Source: an uncultured Pseudomonadota bacterium
Lineage (GTDB): Bacteria > Pseudomonadota > Alphaproteobacteria > JACZXZ01
DNA length: 64,000 nucleotides
Assembly (NCBI GenBank): GCA_963749075.1
Contig: CAVVLJ010000021.1
Location: 288,001-352,000 of the forward strand
Direction of reading: 5' to 3'
Every line of letters begins with the position of its first letter. Positions within the stretch are counted from its first letter, which is position 1. A program made the position numbers and the translations under genes. Positions 39,016-49,504 of the stretch are shown piece by piece. The notes under the pieces were generated by a model, which saw nothing but the letters and a program-made list of their open reading frames with translations, did not search any database and was not told the DNA's origin.

Positions 39016-40082
39016 GCGCGCCGCGGGGCCGTCTGCAGCAACTCCTTTAGCTGCTGCTTCCAGAACTTGGCGAAGAAGACGGTGCCATGGCCCCTCGTGT
39101 CTTCGCTGGCTGGAATGAGGAACAGGCGAGCGTTCTTCACGCGCTTGAGCGCGCGCTCCATGATCCCGGTTTCCGGCGGATTGCGCTCGTCGTCCGCCGA
39201 ATTGATCGCCAGCACCGCGGCCTGGATGCGCGCGAGCCCGGGTGCGGGGTTGTAGTCGCGCGAAGAGTCCCATTGATAGAGCACGTCGTTGGCATCCGCC
39301 TTGAAGGGTGCTGCCAGCCGGCCATCGAGCAGCTTATCGGCCGCTTCGCGCGTGGGAGCCAATTTCTGGTATGCCAGCGTGCCGCCGTTGGTGGCGATGC
39401 CGTAGAACACGCTGGCGAACCGCGCCGAGCGCGGCTGGGCCGAGTAGTTGCCGTTGTTCCACTCCGGATCGTTGCGGATGCTGTCTGTGATCAGGCGCCG
39501 CATCATCCAGTTGCGGCTGGACATTTCGGCAGGCTGCGACGCCATGGGCGCGAGAGCGTCCATGAAGCCGGGGTATTTCACGCCCCAAATCCAAGTGTGC
39601 ATGCCGCCCATCGAGAAGCCGAGCACCAGGCGCAGATGGTGCAGCCCCAGCCCTTCGCTCACCAGCCGGTATTGGGCGGCGACCATGTCGTCGTAATTGT
39701 AGAGAGGGAACTTGGCGCGCAGGCCGTCCGAAGGCTTAGCCGATTTGCCGTGACCGATGCTGTCGGGCAGGATGATGTAGTATTTGCCGGCATCCAGCGG
39801 CTGGCCCGCACCGAACAACTCGCCCGCAAAGACGGGCGAGAGCATAGCGGTGCCGGATTGGCTGGTGCCGTGCAGGATCAGCACAGGCTCCCCGGAGGGT
39901 GCGCCGACCGTCGTGTAGTGCAGGTGCAGCTCCGGCATGACTTCGCCGGTGTGAAAGCGGAAATCTCGCGCGACCCAATCGCCTTCTTGCGGCGTGGGAT
40001 AGTCCGCCGCCACAGCCGCAAATGCGATCTGAGACAAAACAACGCAGATTGCCGCGCGGACGAGCAAGCCCAGGACTTTCAT
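39009..40082 (-). CDS. secreted alpha/beta hydrolase, homoserine O-acetyltransferase-like
   Basis: Signal peptide, LHYTTVG, GFSMGG, RGHGT. Confidence 0.85.
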   Translation of the reverse strand: MKVLGLLVRAAICVVLSQIAFAAVAADYPTPQEGDWVARDFRFHTGEVMPELHLHYTTVGAPSGEPVLILHGTSQSGTAMLSPVFAGELFGAGQPLDAGKYYIILPDSIGHGKSAKPSDGLRAKFPLYNYDDMVAAQYRLVSEGLGLHHLRLVLGFSMGGMHTWIWGVKYPGFMDALAPMASQPAEMSSRNWMMRRLITDSIRNDPEWNNGNYSAQPRSARFASVFYGIATNGGTLAYQKLAPTREAADKLLDGRLAAPFKADANDVLYQWDSSRDYNPAPGLARIQAAVLAINSADDERNPPETGIMERALKRVKNARLFLIPASEDTRGHGTVFFAKFWKQQLKELLQTAPRRAP

Positions 40083-40363
40083 ACCCATCTCCATTCCTGA
40101 TGCGGGACACGGGATTTTCACTATGCTCGACCGCCGACGGCACCAACGCTGCAGCTGAAAAACAGGACTTCGGCAGGTGCCGCCAGCGGCTTTGCAATCA
40201 CGCTACCAGTTCGGTCGGGCGCATGAAATGGGCCACGATGTCGAGATATGGCTCACCGCGGCTGTCTGTTGCGGCGCGCCAGTTCGACCGCGGCCGGGGG
40301 TTGACCGGACCGGTCACGGACATCCGGTCGCGGACGAGCATGCATCGCGCGCATCGCATCGCT

Positions 40364-40705
40364 TCAACTTTCGGGAGGCGGCACGAAACATAGAACCACC
40401 GGGCCCTTGGTGCAGGCCACCGCTTCGCCGGTCGGATTTTCCCGATGCAGAACCTTGTCGGGCGGGACCGGCACCCAAACGCCTCCCTTAAGCAGGACCT
40501 CATATCCTCCCCGACCAATGCGGCTTTGCACGCGCCGACAGTCGGCCGCCGCGCAGCACGACCCGCCCCCGCCCGGCCGCTGCAAGCTTTGGAACCACGG
40601 CGCAAGCGACGGATTGGCGTCCGGCGGCGGCGCGCCCTTGGCCGCGGCGGCGACGCCGAGGAGGGCGAGCGCCGTGCAGATGCTGGACAACAGGTTGCGC
40701 GTCAT
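40364..40705 (-). CDS. small secreted Cys-containing hypothetical protein
   Basis: Signal peptide, WFQSL...SCCAAADCR...NPTGEAVAC...LCFVPP. Confidence 0.7.
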   Translation of the reverse strand: MTRNLLSSICTALALLGVAAAAKGAPPPDANPSLAPWFQSLQRPGGGGSCCAAADCRRVQSRIGRGGYEVLLKGGVWVPVPPDKVLHRENPTGEAVACTKGPVVLCFVPPPES

Positions 40706-40999
40706 GGCGCGGTGCACGATCTCCGAGAATGGTGTCGCGAGCCTCTGTCGCCAGGACACGGCTGCCAGCCTCCTCATCTCGAATGGCGCAGACTAAATTC
40801 GCGGGCCTCACCTGTAAATAGCCATTAGAAGGTTATGACGGCGTGCGCGGTCGCCGGTGCGCGCGTATCCGGCGCTCTGCTCGTCGGTTCCCTTGGATCA
40901 GGCTGCCTTGGCCATTTCGGCCACCCGCTCCCAGGCGGTGGCCTTGAGGCTCGGCCGCCAGCGGGCCCGCTTTCTTGGGCACTGCGGCCTTTTTCCAGC

Positions 41000-42310
41000 T
41001 CAAAACGCGATGCGTAGGCTGGCGCCAGCCACCACGTTGGTGCTGTGGCTGCGCGCCTCCTCGGTGGTTACGAGGAAACCCGCCTTGACCGCATCGTTGA
41101 TGCGGTAGCGCGTGCCGATGCCGATGGTGACGCCCAGCCTGCCCGCGCCGTCGAGCGGCCGGGTCGTCTCGTAGGCGAGCGAGAGCGGCACATAGGGCTC
41201 GAAATCGCCGAGCGGATAGGCGGCCTCGCCGCCGATCTTGAGGCTGCCGTAGCGCACGAGGGTGGGCTGGGGTGCTGCCGCGGCGGGCGGCAGCCCGGCC
41301 GCCGGGCTCTCGAGCGCATAGGCATAGCCGGCAAAGCCGGTGAGGGCGAAATGTCCCACGTCGTAGAAGGCGTTGACGTTCGCCGCCCCGGTATAGCGGT
41401 TGCTGTCGAAGTTGCCGATGCCGCTGAAGCCGTTGGCGAGGCGGGCGTAGGCGAAGAGGGCGTCGAGCGAGAAATGGGAGGAGATGACGTAGGACGCGTA
41501 AGGTCCGAGCTGCGCGCCGTTGGAGAGCCGGATGCCGTGGATTGCCTTCACCTCGAGGTCCGCGCGGAGGTAGCCGGCGGCGAAGCCCAAGAGCCACGCC
41601 TCGCCGAGCCGGTAGTCGACGCCCGCGAGCGCTGCCGTGCCGTAGCCCTCGAAGCCGGCGGCGGCGCTGTCGTCGCTCAAATAGGAGCCCGAGGCGTCGG
41701 ACCAGAAGCCCCATTTGCGGTCGGCGCCGCCGGTGGAGAGCCCGCCGTAATAGCCGGCGCCGGCGCTGCCGTCCGGCTGCTGCGTGCCCGTCTCCCGCGC
41801 CGCCGCCATCTCGCGCGCGAGTGCCCGGATGCGGGCGGAGATGAGGTCGCGCGTGAGCTCGGTCTCGCTCCTCAAGATCGCCTGCGAGCTGCCCGAGAGG
41901 GCCGCCTGCTGCGCCGGCCCGGTGTTGGCGGCGGCCACGGTGTCGAGGAAGCCGGGCAGCACGCCGCATTGGCCCGAGTGGCCGCCGCTCGCGCTGATCG
42001 TGCAATCGATCTGGCTGGTGACGCCGTTGATCGTCTCGGAGCCGACGATCTCGACCGAGCTCGGCCCGAAAAAGAGTATGAAGCTGCCGGAGCCCGAGGT
42101 CTTGCCGTTCGAGGTGAAGCTATAGGTGCCGGTCGTGGCGTCGAACGTCGTCGTATAGGCGCTGCCGTCCGGGAGCGTCGAGCTCGTGGTGCAGACCGAG
42201 CCGTCGGCGGAGCATGTGGTGGTGGCGGCGCGCGCTGGCGGAGCCACGGCGCCGAGTGCCGCGAGGAGAGCGCCGGCAATGACGAGCGCGGCGGCCAGCG
42301 GTCGGGTCAT
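41000..42310 (-). CDS. autotransporter-like beta-barrel protein with short passenger
   Basis: Signal peptide, Ser/Thr/Gly-rich passenger with Cys pairs, helical linker, barrel ending LRIAF. Confidence 0.75.
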   Translation of the reverse strand: MTRPLAAALVIAGALLAALGAVAPPARAATTTCSADGSVCTTSSTLPDGSAYTTTFDATTGTYSFTSNGKTSGSGSFILFFGPSSVEIVGSETINGVTSQIDCTISASGGHSGQCGVLPGFLDTVAAANTGPAQQAALSGSSQAILRSETELTRDLISARIRALAREMAAARETGTQQPDGSAGAGYYGGLSTGGADRKWGFWSDASGSYLSDDSAAAGFEGYGTAALAGVDYRLGEAWLLGFAAGYLRADLEVKAIHGIRLSNGAQLGPYASYVISSHFSLDALFAYARLANGFSGIGNFDSNRYTGAANVNAFYDVGHFALTGFAGYAYALESPAAGLPPAAAAPQPTLVRYGSLKIGGEAAYPLGDFEPYVPLSLAYETTRPLDGAGRLGVTIGIGTRYRINDAVKAGFLVTTEEARSHSTNVVAGASLRIAF

Positions 42311-42423
42311 CGCGCTCCCTCCCACGCGAGATGTCCCGGATGCTTTCCCCGGTTGCGGCTAGGGTAGCACGTCGGCTGCTCCGCCGCGACTTCAAGCTGG
42401 ACGATGATCGATGGCGGATCGCG

Positions 42424-43068
42424 CTAATCGCTGCCGCCCGCATTCGCCTTGAGATTGTCGACGCGGGCCTTGAGATCGCGGATGAGGCCGTCGAGGCCCT
42501 TGTGCTGGATTTCCGAGGCGAACTCCTGGCGCTGGGTCAGCGCCATGCTGATGCCCTCGACCACCACGTCGATGATCTTCAGCTTGCCGTCGATATCGCG
42601 CACGCGCCAGGCGGCCTTGAGCGGCGGTCCGTCGTTGCGAATGATCTCGGTCTCGACGATGGCGTCGGTCCCGGCGATCGGCTCGCTGCCGGTGACCTTG
42701 AAGGTCTCGCCCTTATACGCGCCGATGCGCCGGGAATAGGTGTCGAGCACCCAGTCGTCGAAGAGCTGGCGATACTGCGCCTTCTGGTCGGGCGTGGCCG
42801 TGCGCCAGGCGCTGCCGAGCACGAAGCGGCTGATGAGCTCGAGGTCGAAGCCCTGGTCGAAGATCTGACGGAACTCCTCGCGGCTCTTGGCCGCTTCGGC
42901 CGGCGTGTAGTTGGCGAACAGCGCCACCGCCCGGTCGCCCAAAGTCTGGACGAATTTGGCCGCCTCGGCGGTCGAGGTGGCGGGAACATCCGCCCGCCCG
43001 CCCGCCGGCGCAGCGGCGAGGCCGGCGAGCAGCAGCAGCATGGGCGCAAGCTTTCCTTTGAGCGGCAT
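42424..43068 (-). CDS. MlaC/Ttg2D family lipid-binding protein
   Basis: FDLELISRFVLG..WR, KIIDVVVEGISM..TQRQEF. Confidence 0.88.
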   Translation of the reverse strand: MPLKGKLAPMLLLLAGLAAAPAGGRADVPATSTAEAAKFVQTLGDRAVALFANYTPAEAAKSREEFRQIFDQGFDLELISRFVLGSAWRTATPDQKAQYRQLFDDWVLDTYSRRIGAYKGETFKVTGSEPIAGTDAIVETEIIRNDGPPLKAAWRVRDIDGKLKIIDVVVEGISMALTQRQEFASEIQHKGLDGLIRDLKARVDNLKANAGGSD

Positions 43069-43237
43069 GGGGGTCTCCGTGATGGCATCGGCGGCGGGCT
43101 CGGGGCATGCGCGCCGGGAGTGCTGCCAAAGCTCTCCCCGCCCGGCCGTCAGCGATAGGTAGGGCGAACCTGATACGCCGCAAGGGTGCGCCATCCTGCG
43201 GCGGGCGGACCCGGCGCCGGGCACGCCAAGGGCGGCT

Positions 43238-43705
43238 TCATGGCACCGTCGCAATGGCCGGAGCGCTGCCGGCCGCGGCTCTTCGCCGCGCTGCCGCGAG
43301 GCGGATCACCGTGAGCGTCTCGGACCACAGCCCATAGGGCGCCAGCCCGTCGAGCGGCACCCACGCGACCTCGGCCGCGTCGTCGCCGGCCACGGCCTCG
43401 CCGGCCTGCCATTCGGCGAGGAGGTCGACGAGGGTGTAGTGGTAGCTGACGCGTCCCGCCTCATCGCGCGCGATCGAATCCACGACCGCAATCACCTCCT
43501 TGACCTCGACGTCGATGCCGGCCTCCTCCTTGACCTCGCGTAGCACCGCCTCGGCGACGCTTTCGCCGAGCTGCTGGATGCCGCCGGGAATGCTCCACTG
43601 CCCCTGGCGCGGCGGGTTGCCGCGCTTGACGAGGAGCACCTCCTCGCCGCGGAAGACGAGGGCGCCGACGCCCGCGAAGGGCCGCTCGGGATAGCTGCGC
43701 GTCAT
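43238..43705 (-). CDS. NUDIX hydrolase
   Basis: Nudix box [23 protein letters not shown]. Confidence 0.9.
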   Translation of the reverse strand: MTRSYPERPFAGVGALVFRGEEVLLVKRGNPPRQGQWSIPGGIQQLGESVAEAVLREVKEEAGIDVEVKEVIAVVDSIARDEAGRVSYHYTLVDLLAEWQAGEAVAGDDAAEVAWVPLDGLAPYGLWSETLTVIRLAAARRRAAAGSAPAIATVP

Positions 43706-43781
43706 GGCGGCCATCATAGGGGGAGGCACGAGCCGGCGCCAAGCCCAGGGCATCCGCATATGGCGCCATATGGATTTCCTC

Positions 43782-43820
43782 ATCCTTCGAGACGGGCCTT
43801 CGGCCCTCCTCAGGACGAGG
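43782..43820. repeat. single REP-like palindrome, same family as the pair inside the 251-bp element
   Basis: atccttcgagacgggccttcggccctcctcaggacgagg. Confidence 0.75.
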
Positions 43821-43928
43821 CGCCCACATGCGATTCCCCTCGCGCCAAGCTGCTCCCTGATGCGCCCGGCAGCGCCGCGCGCTAAGCTTGAGCGCGTTTC
43901 ATGGGCCAACGCGCTGCGCGAGGACGGG

Positions 43929-45461
43929 ATGGCGGAAAGCTTCACGCTGGTGCCGGGGAAGCTCAGGCTCGGCGATCTGCGCGCGGTGCTCGAGGGCGGG
44001 GAGCGCATCGAGCTCGATGCCGGCGCCTGGCCGGCGGTCGACGCCGCGGCGGCCACGGTCGCACGCCTCGTGGCCGAGGGCCGCCCGATCTACGGCGTCA
44101 ATACGGGCTTCGGCCGGCTCTCGACCACCCACATCCCGGAGAGCGAGCTCGCCGAGCTGCAGCGCCGCTTGCTGCTCTCTCACATGGCCGGCGTCGGCGA
44201 GGCGCTCCCCGACCGCATCGTCCGCCTCATCCTCGTGCTCAAGGCGGCGAGCCTCGCGCGCGGCTACTCGGGTGCGAGCCGCGCGCTCATCGCGGCACTC
44301 CTCGCGCTCGCCAATGCCGGCGTCTATCCCATCGTACCGCAGCAGGGCTCGGTCGGCGCCTCGGGCGACCTGGCGCCGCTCGCCCATCTCTCGGGCGTGC
44401 TCATCGGGGTGGGCGAGGTGCGCTGCAAGGGCGAGCGCCTCCCCGCGCGCGAGGGCCTGGCGCGCGCCGGCCTGGCTCCCATGGCGCTCGGCCCCAAGGA
44501 AGGGCTCTCCCTCATCAACGGCACGCAGGTCTCGGCGGCGCTGGCGCTCGCCGGGCTCTTCGCCGCGGAGGACGCCTTCGCGGCAGCGCTCGCCGCCGGC
44601 GCCTTGAGCGTCGATGCCGCCCTCGGCGCCGACACGCCCTTCGATCCGCGCATCCAGGCCGTGCGCGGCCAGCCGGGCCAGGCCGCCGTCGCCCAGGTGC
44701 TCATGCGGCTTCTCGCCGGCAGCGCCATCCGCCGCTCCCATCTCGAGGGCGACAGCCGGGTGCAGGATCCCTATTCGCTGCGCTGCCAGCCGCAGGTGAT
44801 GGGGGCCGTGCTCGACCAGCTGCGCTTCGCGGCGGGCGTGCTGGAGCGCGAGGCCAACGCGGTGTCGGACAACCCGCTCGTCTTCGCCGAGAGCGGCGCC
44901 GTGCTCTCGGGCGGCAATTTCCATGGCGAGCCGGTGGCGCTCGCGGCGGACGCCATGGCCCTCGCCATTGCCGAGATAGGCTCGCTCTCGGAGCGGCGCA
45001 CCGCACTCCTGGTGGACGCCAACTTGAGCGCCGGCTTGCCGCCCTTCCTCGTGCGCGAGGCCGGGCTCAACTCCGGCTTCATGATCCCGCAGGTGACCGC
45101 GGCGGCGCTTGTCAGCGAGAACAAGGCGCTCGCCGCCCCCTCGAGCGTCGACAGCCTGCCCACCTCGGCGGGCCAGGAGGACCATGTGAGCATGGCGACC
45201 TATGCGGCGCGGCGCACCATCGCCATGGCGGAGAATACGTGCCGCATCGTGGCAATCGAGCTCCTCGCCGCGGCCCAAGGGGTCGAGCTGCGCCGGCCGC
45301 TCGCCACCAGCCCGGCGCTCAAGGAAGTCCTCGCAGCGGTGCGCGCGCGGGCCGCCCCTTACGAGTCCGACCGGCCCCATGCGCCGGACATCGCGGCCAT
45401 CGCCGAGCTCATTGCCAGCGGCTGGTTCCGCGCCGTCGTGGCGCTGCCGATTTGCCCTTGA
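43929..45461 (+). CDS. hutH: histidine ammonia-lyase
   Basis: [11 protein letters not shown] motif [29 protein letters not shown]. Confidence 0.93.
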   Translation: MAESFTLVPGKLRLGDLRAVLEGGERIELDAGAWPAVDAAAATVARLVAEGRPIYGVNTGFGRLSTTHIPESELAELQRRLLLSHMAGVGEALPDRIVRLILVLKAASLARGYSGASRALIAALLALANAGVYPIVPQQGSVGASGDLAPLAHLSGVLIGVGEVRCKGERLPAREGLARAGLAPMALGPKEGLSLINGTQVSAALALAGLFAAEDAFAAALAAGALSVDAALGADTPFDPRIQAVRGQPGQAAVAQVLMRLLAGSAIRRSHLEGDSRVQDPYSLRCQPQVMGAVLDQLRFAAGVLEREANAVSDNPLVFAESGAVLSGGNFHGEPVALAADAMALAIAEIGSLSERRTALLVDANLSAGLPPFLVREAGLNSGFMIPQVTAAALVSENKALAAPSSVDSLPTSAGQEDHVSMATYAARRTIAMAENTCRIVAIELLAAAQGVELRRPLATSPALKEVLAAVRARAAPYESDRPHAPDIAAIAELIASGWFRAVVALPICP

Positions 45462-45527
45462 CCGCGGGCCGGCCGGCGGCGCTCTGTCTCACCCCGGAAA
45501 CGCGTGCGAGAGAAGGGCGAGGTCGTC

Positions 45528-46514
45528 ATGAAGGTGGTCATTACGGGCGGCACGGGCTTCATCGGACGCATGCTCGCGGCACGCATCCTGGAGCGCGGCC
45601 GGCTCGCCGGCCCGTCTGGGAGCGCGGAGCCCGTGGACGAGCTGGTGCTCTTCGATGCGGTGCTGCCGCCCTCCCTCGGCAAGGGACTCGAGGGCCGCGT
45701 CACGCTGACGGCGGGCGACGTGGCCGATGCCGCCGTGGTCGACGCCCTCATCGACCGCGACGACATCGCGGTCTTCCATCTGGCGTCGGTCGTGAGCGGC
45801 GGCGCCGAGGCGGACTTCGACCTCGCCGTGCGCGTCAATCTCGTGGGCGGCAGCACCGTGCTCGAGGCCTGCCGCCGGCGCCGCAGCGCACCGCGCCTCG
45901 TCTTCGCGAGCTCGATCGCGGTGTTCGGGGCGCCCGCCATGGGGAGCCGGGTCGACGACATGACCAAGCTCACGCCCCAGACGACCTACGGCATGACCAA
46001 GGCGGTGATGGAGCTCCTCGTCAACGACTACACGCGCAAGGGCTTCCTCGACGGCCGCTCGGCGCGGCTGCCGACCGTGATCGTGCGGCCGGGCAAGCCC
46101 AACAAGGCGGCCTCGAGCTTCGTGAGCGGCGTCATCCGCGAGCCGCTCAACGGCGAGCCCTGCCATCTCCCGGTCGGCCTCGACACCGTCATGCCGGTGC
46201 TCGGCTGCCGCTCGATCGTCGAGAACCTGATCCGCCTCCACGAGGCGCCCGGCGAGGCGATCGGCGCCGACCGCGCGGTGAGCTTCCCGAGCCTCGACCT
46301 CTCCTTGCGCGACATGGTCGAGGGGCTCAAGCGCACGGCGGGCGGGCGCAAGCTCGGCGCGATCGAGGTGCGGCCCGACGCGGCGATCGCGCGCATCGTG
46401 GCCGGCTGGCCGAGCGGCACCGGCTGGGCCAAGGCGAAGTCGCTCGGCCTCGTCGTCGACCCGGATATCGACGGCATCATCCGCGCCTACATCGAGGACT
46501 TCCTCCCGGCCTGA
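45528..46514 (+). CDS. denD: D-erythronate dehydrogenase-like extended SDR
   Basis: GGTGFIG, HLASVVSGGAEADFD, YGMTK, RPGKPNKAASSF. Confidence 0.75.
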   Translation: MKVVITGGTGFIGRMLAARILERGRLAGPSGSAEPVDELVLFDAVLPPSLGKGLEGRVTLTAGDVADAAVVDALIDRDDIAVFHLASVVSGGAEADFDLAVRVNLVGGSTVLEACRRRRSAPRLVFASSIAVFGAPAMGSRVDDMTKLTPQTTYGMTKAVMELLVNDYTRKGFLDGRSARLPTVIVRPGKPNKAASSFVSGVIREPLNGEPCHLPVGLDTVMPVLGCRSIVENLIRLHEAPGEAIGADRAVSFPSLDLSLRDMVEGLKRTAGGRKLGAIEVRPDAAIARIVAGWPSGTGWAKAKSLGLVVDPDIDGIIRAYIEDFLPA

Positions 46515-46521
46515 CGCGGGG

Positions 46522-46866
46522 ATGGCTGCGGGCAAGATGGATAGCACGCTTGGCAATATTTTCGCACCGCTGCCCGATGCAGGAGCGGGCGAGCGGAGGG
46601 ACGAGCTCGCGCGCGGCGAGGGCCTCTCTATCGAGCGCATCGTCTCCCGCGGCCAGGCGAGCCCGCCCGGCTTCTGGTACGACCAGGCGTGGAACGAGTG
46701 GGTCGTGCTGCTGCAAGGCTCGGCGCTGCTGCGCTTCGCCGACCTGGCCGAGCCGCTCGCCCTGCGGCCGGGCGACCATGTCGCCATCGCCGCCCATCGC
46801 CGCCACCGGGTCGAGGCCACGGACCCCGGCGGGCCTACCGTCTGGCTCGCGGTGCACTACCGCTAG
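46522..46866 (+). CDS. cupin domain protein
   Basis: IERIVSRGQASPPGFWYDQ..EWV, HRRHRV. Confidence 0.85.
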   Translation: MAAGKMDSTLGNIFAPLPDAGAGERRDELARGEGLSIERIVSRGQASPPGFWYDQAWNEWVVLLQGSALLRFADLAEPLALRPGDHVAIAAHRRHRVEATDPGGPTVWLAVHYR

Positions 46867-47033
46867 GACGCTAAGGGTTTGTTGGAAATCAAGCGCGCCG
46901 CTCTTGCCGCCGTCGCTCATATTCGCTTGCCGTGAATTCCGGAAGGTCTTAGCGTCCGCATAGCGCCCAAGCTGAAAAATCTGAATGACGATGCCGCATC
47001 GTCGACGGCAACCGAGTGCCAAGGGAGTATTCC

Positions 47034-48224
47034 GTGACCGACCACCATTCCGCGGCACAAGTGCGCGAGTTTTCCCAGCGCGTCGAACGGATTCGCCGGC
47101 TGATGAGGGCGGATGGCGTCGACGCGCTGTTCCTGACCCAGCCGACCAACGTGTGGTACGTCGCCGGCTTCTGGGAATTCATCCCCATCCGGATGGAGGC
47201 CGTGCTGATCCCGGCCAGCGGCGACTGCACTTTCATCGTGTCCAAGAACGAGTTCGAATACGCGAGCAAGGTCAGCTGGATCGGCGACGTGCGCTACTAC
47301 ACGGAGTTCCCCGAGCCGGACCGGCACCAGAATCCCTACGACTTGATGATGGACGTCTTCCGGGAGAAGAAGCTGACGCGCGCCGCGATCGGGATCGAGG
47401 AGACTTTCCTGCCGGTCGGCGAATACCGGCGCTTCGCCAAGATGCTGCCTGAGGCGCGCCTGGTCGACGCCTCGGGCCTCCTCGGCCAATGCCGGATGAT
47501 CAAGTCCGCCTACGAGATCGACCTTCTGAAGAAGTCGGGCAAGGTCGCCGTCGCCGCCTGGAACGCCTCGCTCAACATCGCCAAGCCGGGCTTGCGCGAG
47601 TACGAGGTGGCCCAGGCGGCCCGCGAGGCGGCGACCAATGCGGCGGCAGGTCTGTTTGCACCCGAAGACGTCCACCACTCGCCCCTGACCGACGGCGTGC
47701 AGCTCATTCAATCGGGAGTGCGCTCCTCGATCTCGCACGGCAAGGGCTCGCCCAACCGCCTCAAGCGCGGCGACATGGTCGCCATGTGCTTCTGCATGAC
47801 CAACCAGTTCAAAGGCTACCGCGTGGGCTTCTCGCGCAATTTCGTGCTCGGCAACGCCACGAACGAGATGATCAACGTCTATAACCTCCTCTACGAGGCG
47901 CAGCAGACCGCGCTCGCGGAGTTGAAGCCCGGCGTGACGGCGAGCCACCTCGATGCCGTCGTGCGCAATATGATCCACAACGCGGGCTACGGCGACTATA
48001 TCGAGCACCGCCTCGGCCGCGGCGTCGGCCTCGACATCGCCGAGCGCCCGGACCTCAAGGAGGGCGACGACACCGTGATCGCGACCGGCATGACGCTCGC
48101 CGTCGAGCCGGCGATCTACATCACCGGCAAATGGGGAATCCAGATCGAGGACTCGGTCCATGTCACGGAGAGCGGCTTCGAATACCTGACCGTGGCGCCC
48201 GAGCCCGAGCTGCCGGTCATCTGA
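47034..48224 (+). CDS. M24 (pita-bread fold) hydrolase, creatinase/prolidase-like
   Basis: Creatinase N-domain, RMIKS..EI, AVEPAIY, IQIEDSV; GTG start after GGGAG. Confidence 0.85.
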   Translation: MTDHHSAAQVREFSQRVERIRRLMRADGVDALFLTQPTNVWYVAGFWEFIPIRMEAVLIPASGDCTFIVSKNEFEYASKVSWIGDVRYYTEFPEPDRHQNPYDLMMDVFREKKLTRAAIGIEETFLPVGEYRRFAKMLPEARLVDASGLLGQCRMIKSAYEIDLLKKSGKVAVAAWNASLNIAKPGLREYEVAQAAREAATNAAAGLFAPEDVHHSPLTDGVQLIQSGVRSSISHGKGSPNRLKRGDMVAMCFCMTNQFKGYRVGFSRNFVLGNATNEMINVYNLLYEAQQTALAELKPGVTASHLDAVVRNMIHNAGYGDYIEHRLGRGVGLDIAERPDLKEGDDTVIATGMTLAVEPAIYITGKWGIQIEDSVHVTESGFEYLTVAPEPELPVI

Positions 48225-48389
48225 GCTGCGGGCGGCGGGGCAAGGCCGCCTGCCGCATTTGTCTGTGGACCGGCGCCATCCAACAGACGCACAATGACGC
48301 ATCGCAACAGCGCGCCGGGTCGAGCGCAAGTCTCCGGCCAAGAGCGCCGCTGCACGGCCGCAACAGGGGCATCGGCAAGGGAGATAACC

Positions 48390-49460
48390 ATGACGGGATT
48401 GACGCGCAGGCAGACCCTCAAGAGCGCCGCCGCGACGGCGGCCATCGCGCTGTTCGGCGGGGCGAGCCGCCCGGCCTCGGCAGCCACCGAGATCACCGCC
48501 GTCGAATGGGGCGGCGACGTGGTCAACGCGATGAAGCAGATCGAGGCCAAGCAGGACAAGGTGAAGGTCAACTGGGTGCTGCACCAGGGCGGCTCGGGCG
48601 CCATCCTGCCCAAGATCAAGGCGACCTGGCCCCATGCCGAATACGACTATGTCGCCGGCTGGGAGGGCTCCTTCAACGGCATGATCAAGGAGGACTGGCT
48701 GGTGCCGGTGACGGTCGCCACCGTGCCTAACCTCGCCGACATTCCCAAGAAGATCATCGTCAAGGATGCCAAGGGCGACTGGATGGCCGTGCCGCGCGCC
48801 GTCGGCGGCATCTATTTCGCCTATCGCGACGACATCTGCCCCGTCAAGCTCAAGAGCATCGACGACCTTTTCTCGCCTAAACTCAAGGGCAAGCTCGTGT
48901 GGCCCGGCCCCACCCAGAGCATGATGCTGCAGATCGTGGCGCTGGCGCTCCATGCCGGCGGCAACGAGAGGAACATGGATCCGGGCTGGGCGCTGATGAA
49001 GAAGCTGGCCCAGTCGGGCAACATCGGCCGCATCGCCGTCACCGACACGGACTTCACGACCTCGCTCACCTCGGGCGAGACGGCGGCCGGCTTCTTCTCC
49101 GAGCCGCAATTGACCTCGGTCGCCAAGTCCTTCCCGCTGGTGCGGCTGACCAAGCAGGCAGGCATGCCGACCTTCCTCTACCAAAGCGGCTTCGCGATCT
49201 TCAAGAACCGGCCGAACCTCAAGGCCACCCTCGATTTCGTCAACTTCTGCATCAGCCCGGAGATGAGCAACCTCTATGCCGAAGTGGCGGGCGAGGCGCC
49301 GCTCAACGTCAAGTCCAAGACGCCTGACGCGCTCAAGCATCTTGCCTTCACGCCCGAGGAAATGGACAAGTACGTCTATGTCCCCGATTTCAACGTGGTG
49401 CTCAGCCAGCAGGACGCCTGGACCAAGCGCTGGGAGAACGAGATCGCTCCCCTGCTGTAG
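48390..49460 (+). CDS. PotD-like ABC substrate-binding protein with Tat signal
   Basis: TRRQTLK Tat motif, WGG, FVNFCISPE. Confidence 0.85.
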   Translation: MTGLTRRQTLKSAAATAAIALFGGASRPASAATEITAVEWGGDVVNAMKQIEAKQDKVKVNWVLHQGGSGAILPKIKATWPHAEYDYVAGWEGSFNGMIKEDWLVPVTVATVPNLADIPKKIIVKDAKGDWMAVPRAVGGIYFAYRDDICPVKLKSIDDLFSPKLKGKLVWPGPTQSMMLQIVALALHAGGNERNMDPGWALMKKLAQSGNIGRIAVTDTDFTTSLTSGETAAGFFSEPQLTSVAKSFPLVRLTKQAGMPTFLYQSGFAIFKNRPNLKATLDFVNFCISPEMSNLYAEVAGEAPLNVKSKTPDALKHLAFTPEEMDKYVYVPDFNVVLSQQDAWTKRWENEIAPLL

Positions 49461-49504
49461 AAACCCGGAGCTGGCGAAGCAGGGCGGCCGCCGCGGGTCG
49501 GGCC

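Noticed and set aside
43929-45461. Ergothionase, given egtBD nearby
   Set aside because: Intact ASG (MIO) motif and HAL-type active-site residues indicate ordinary HutH
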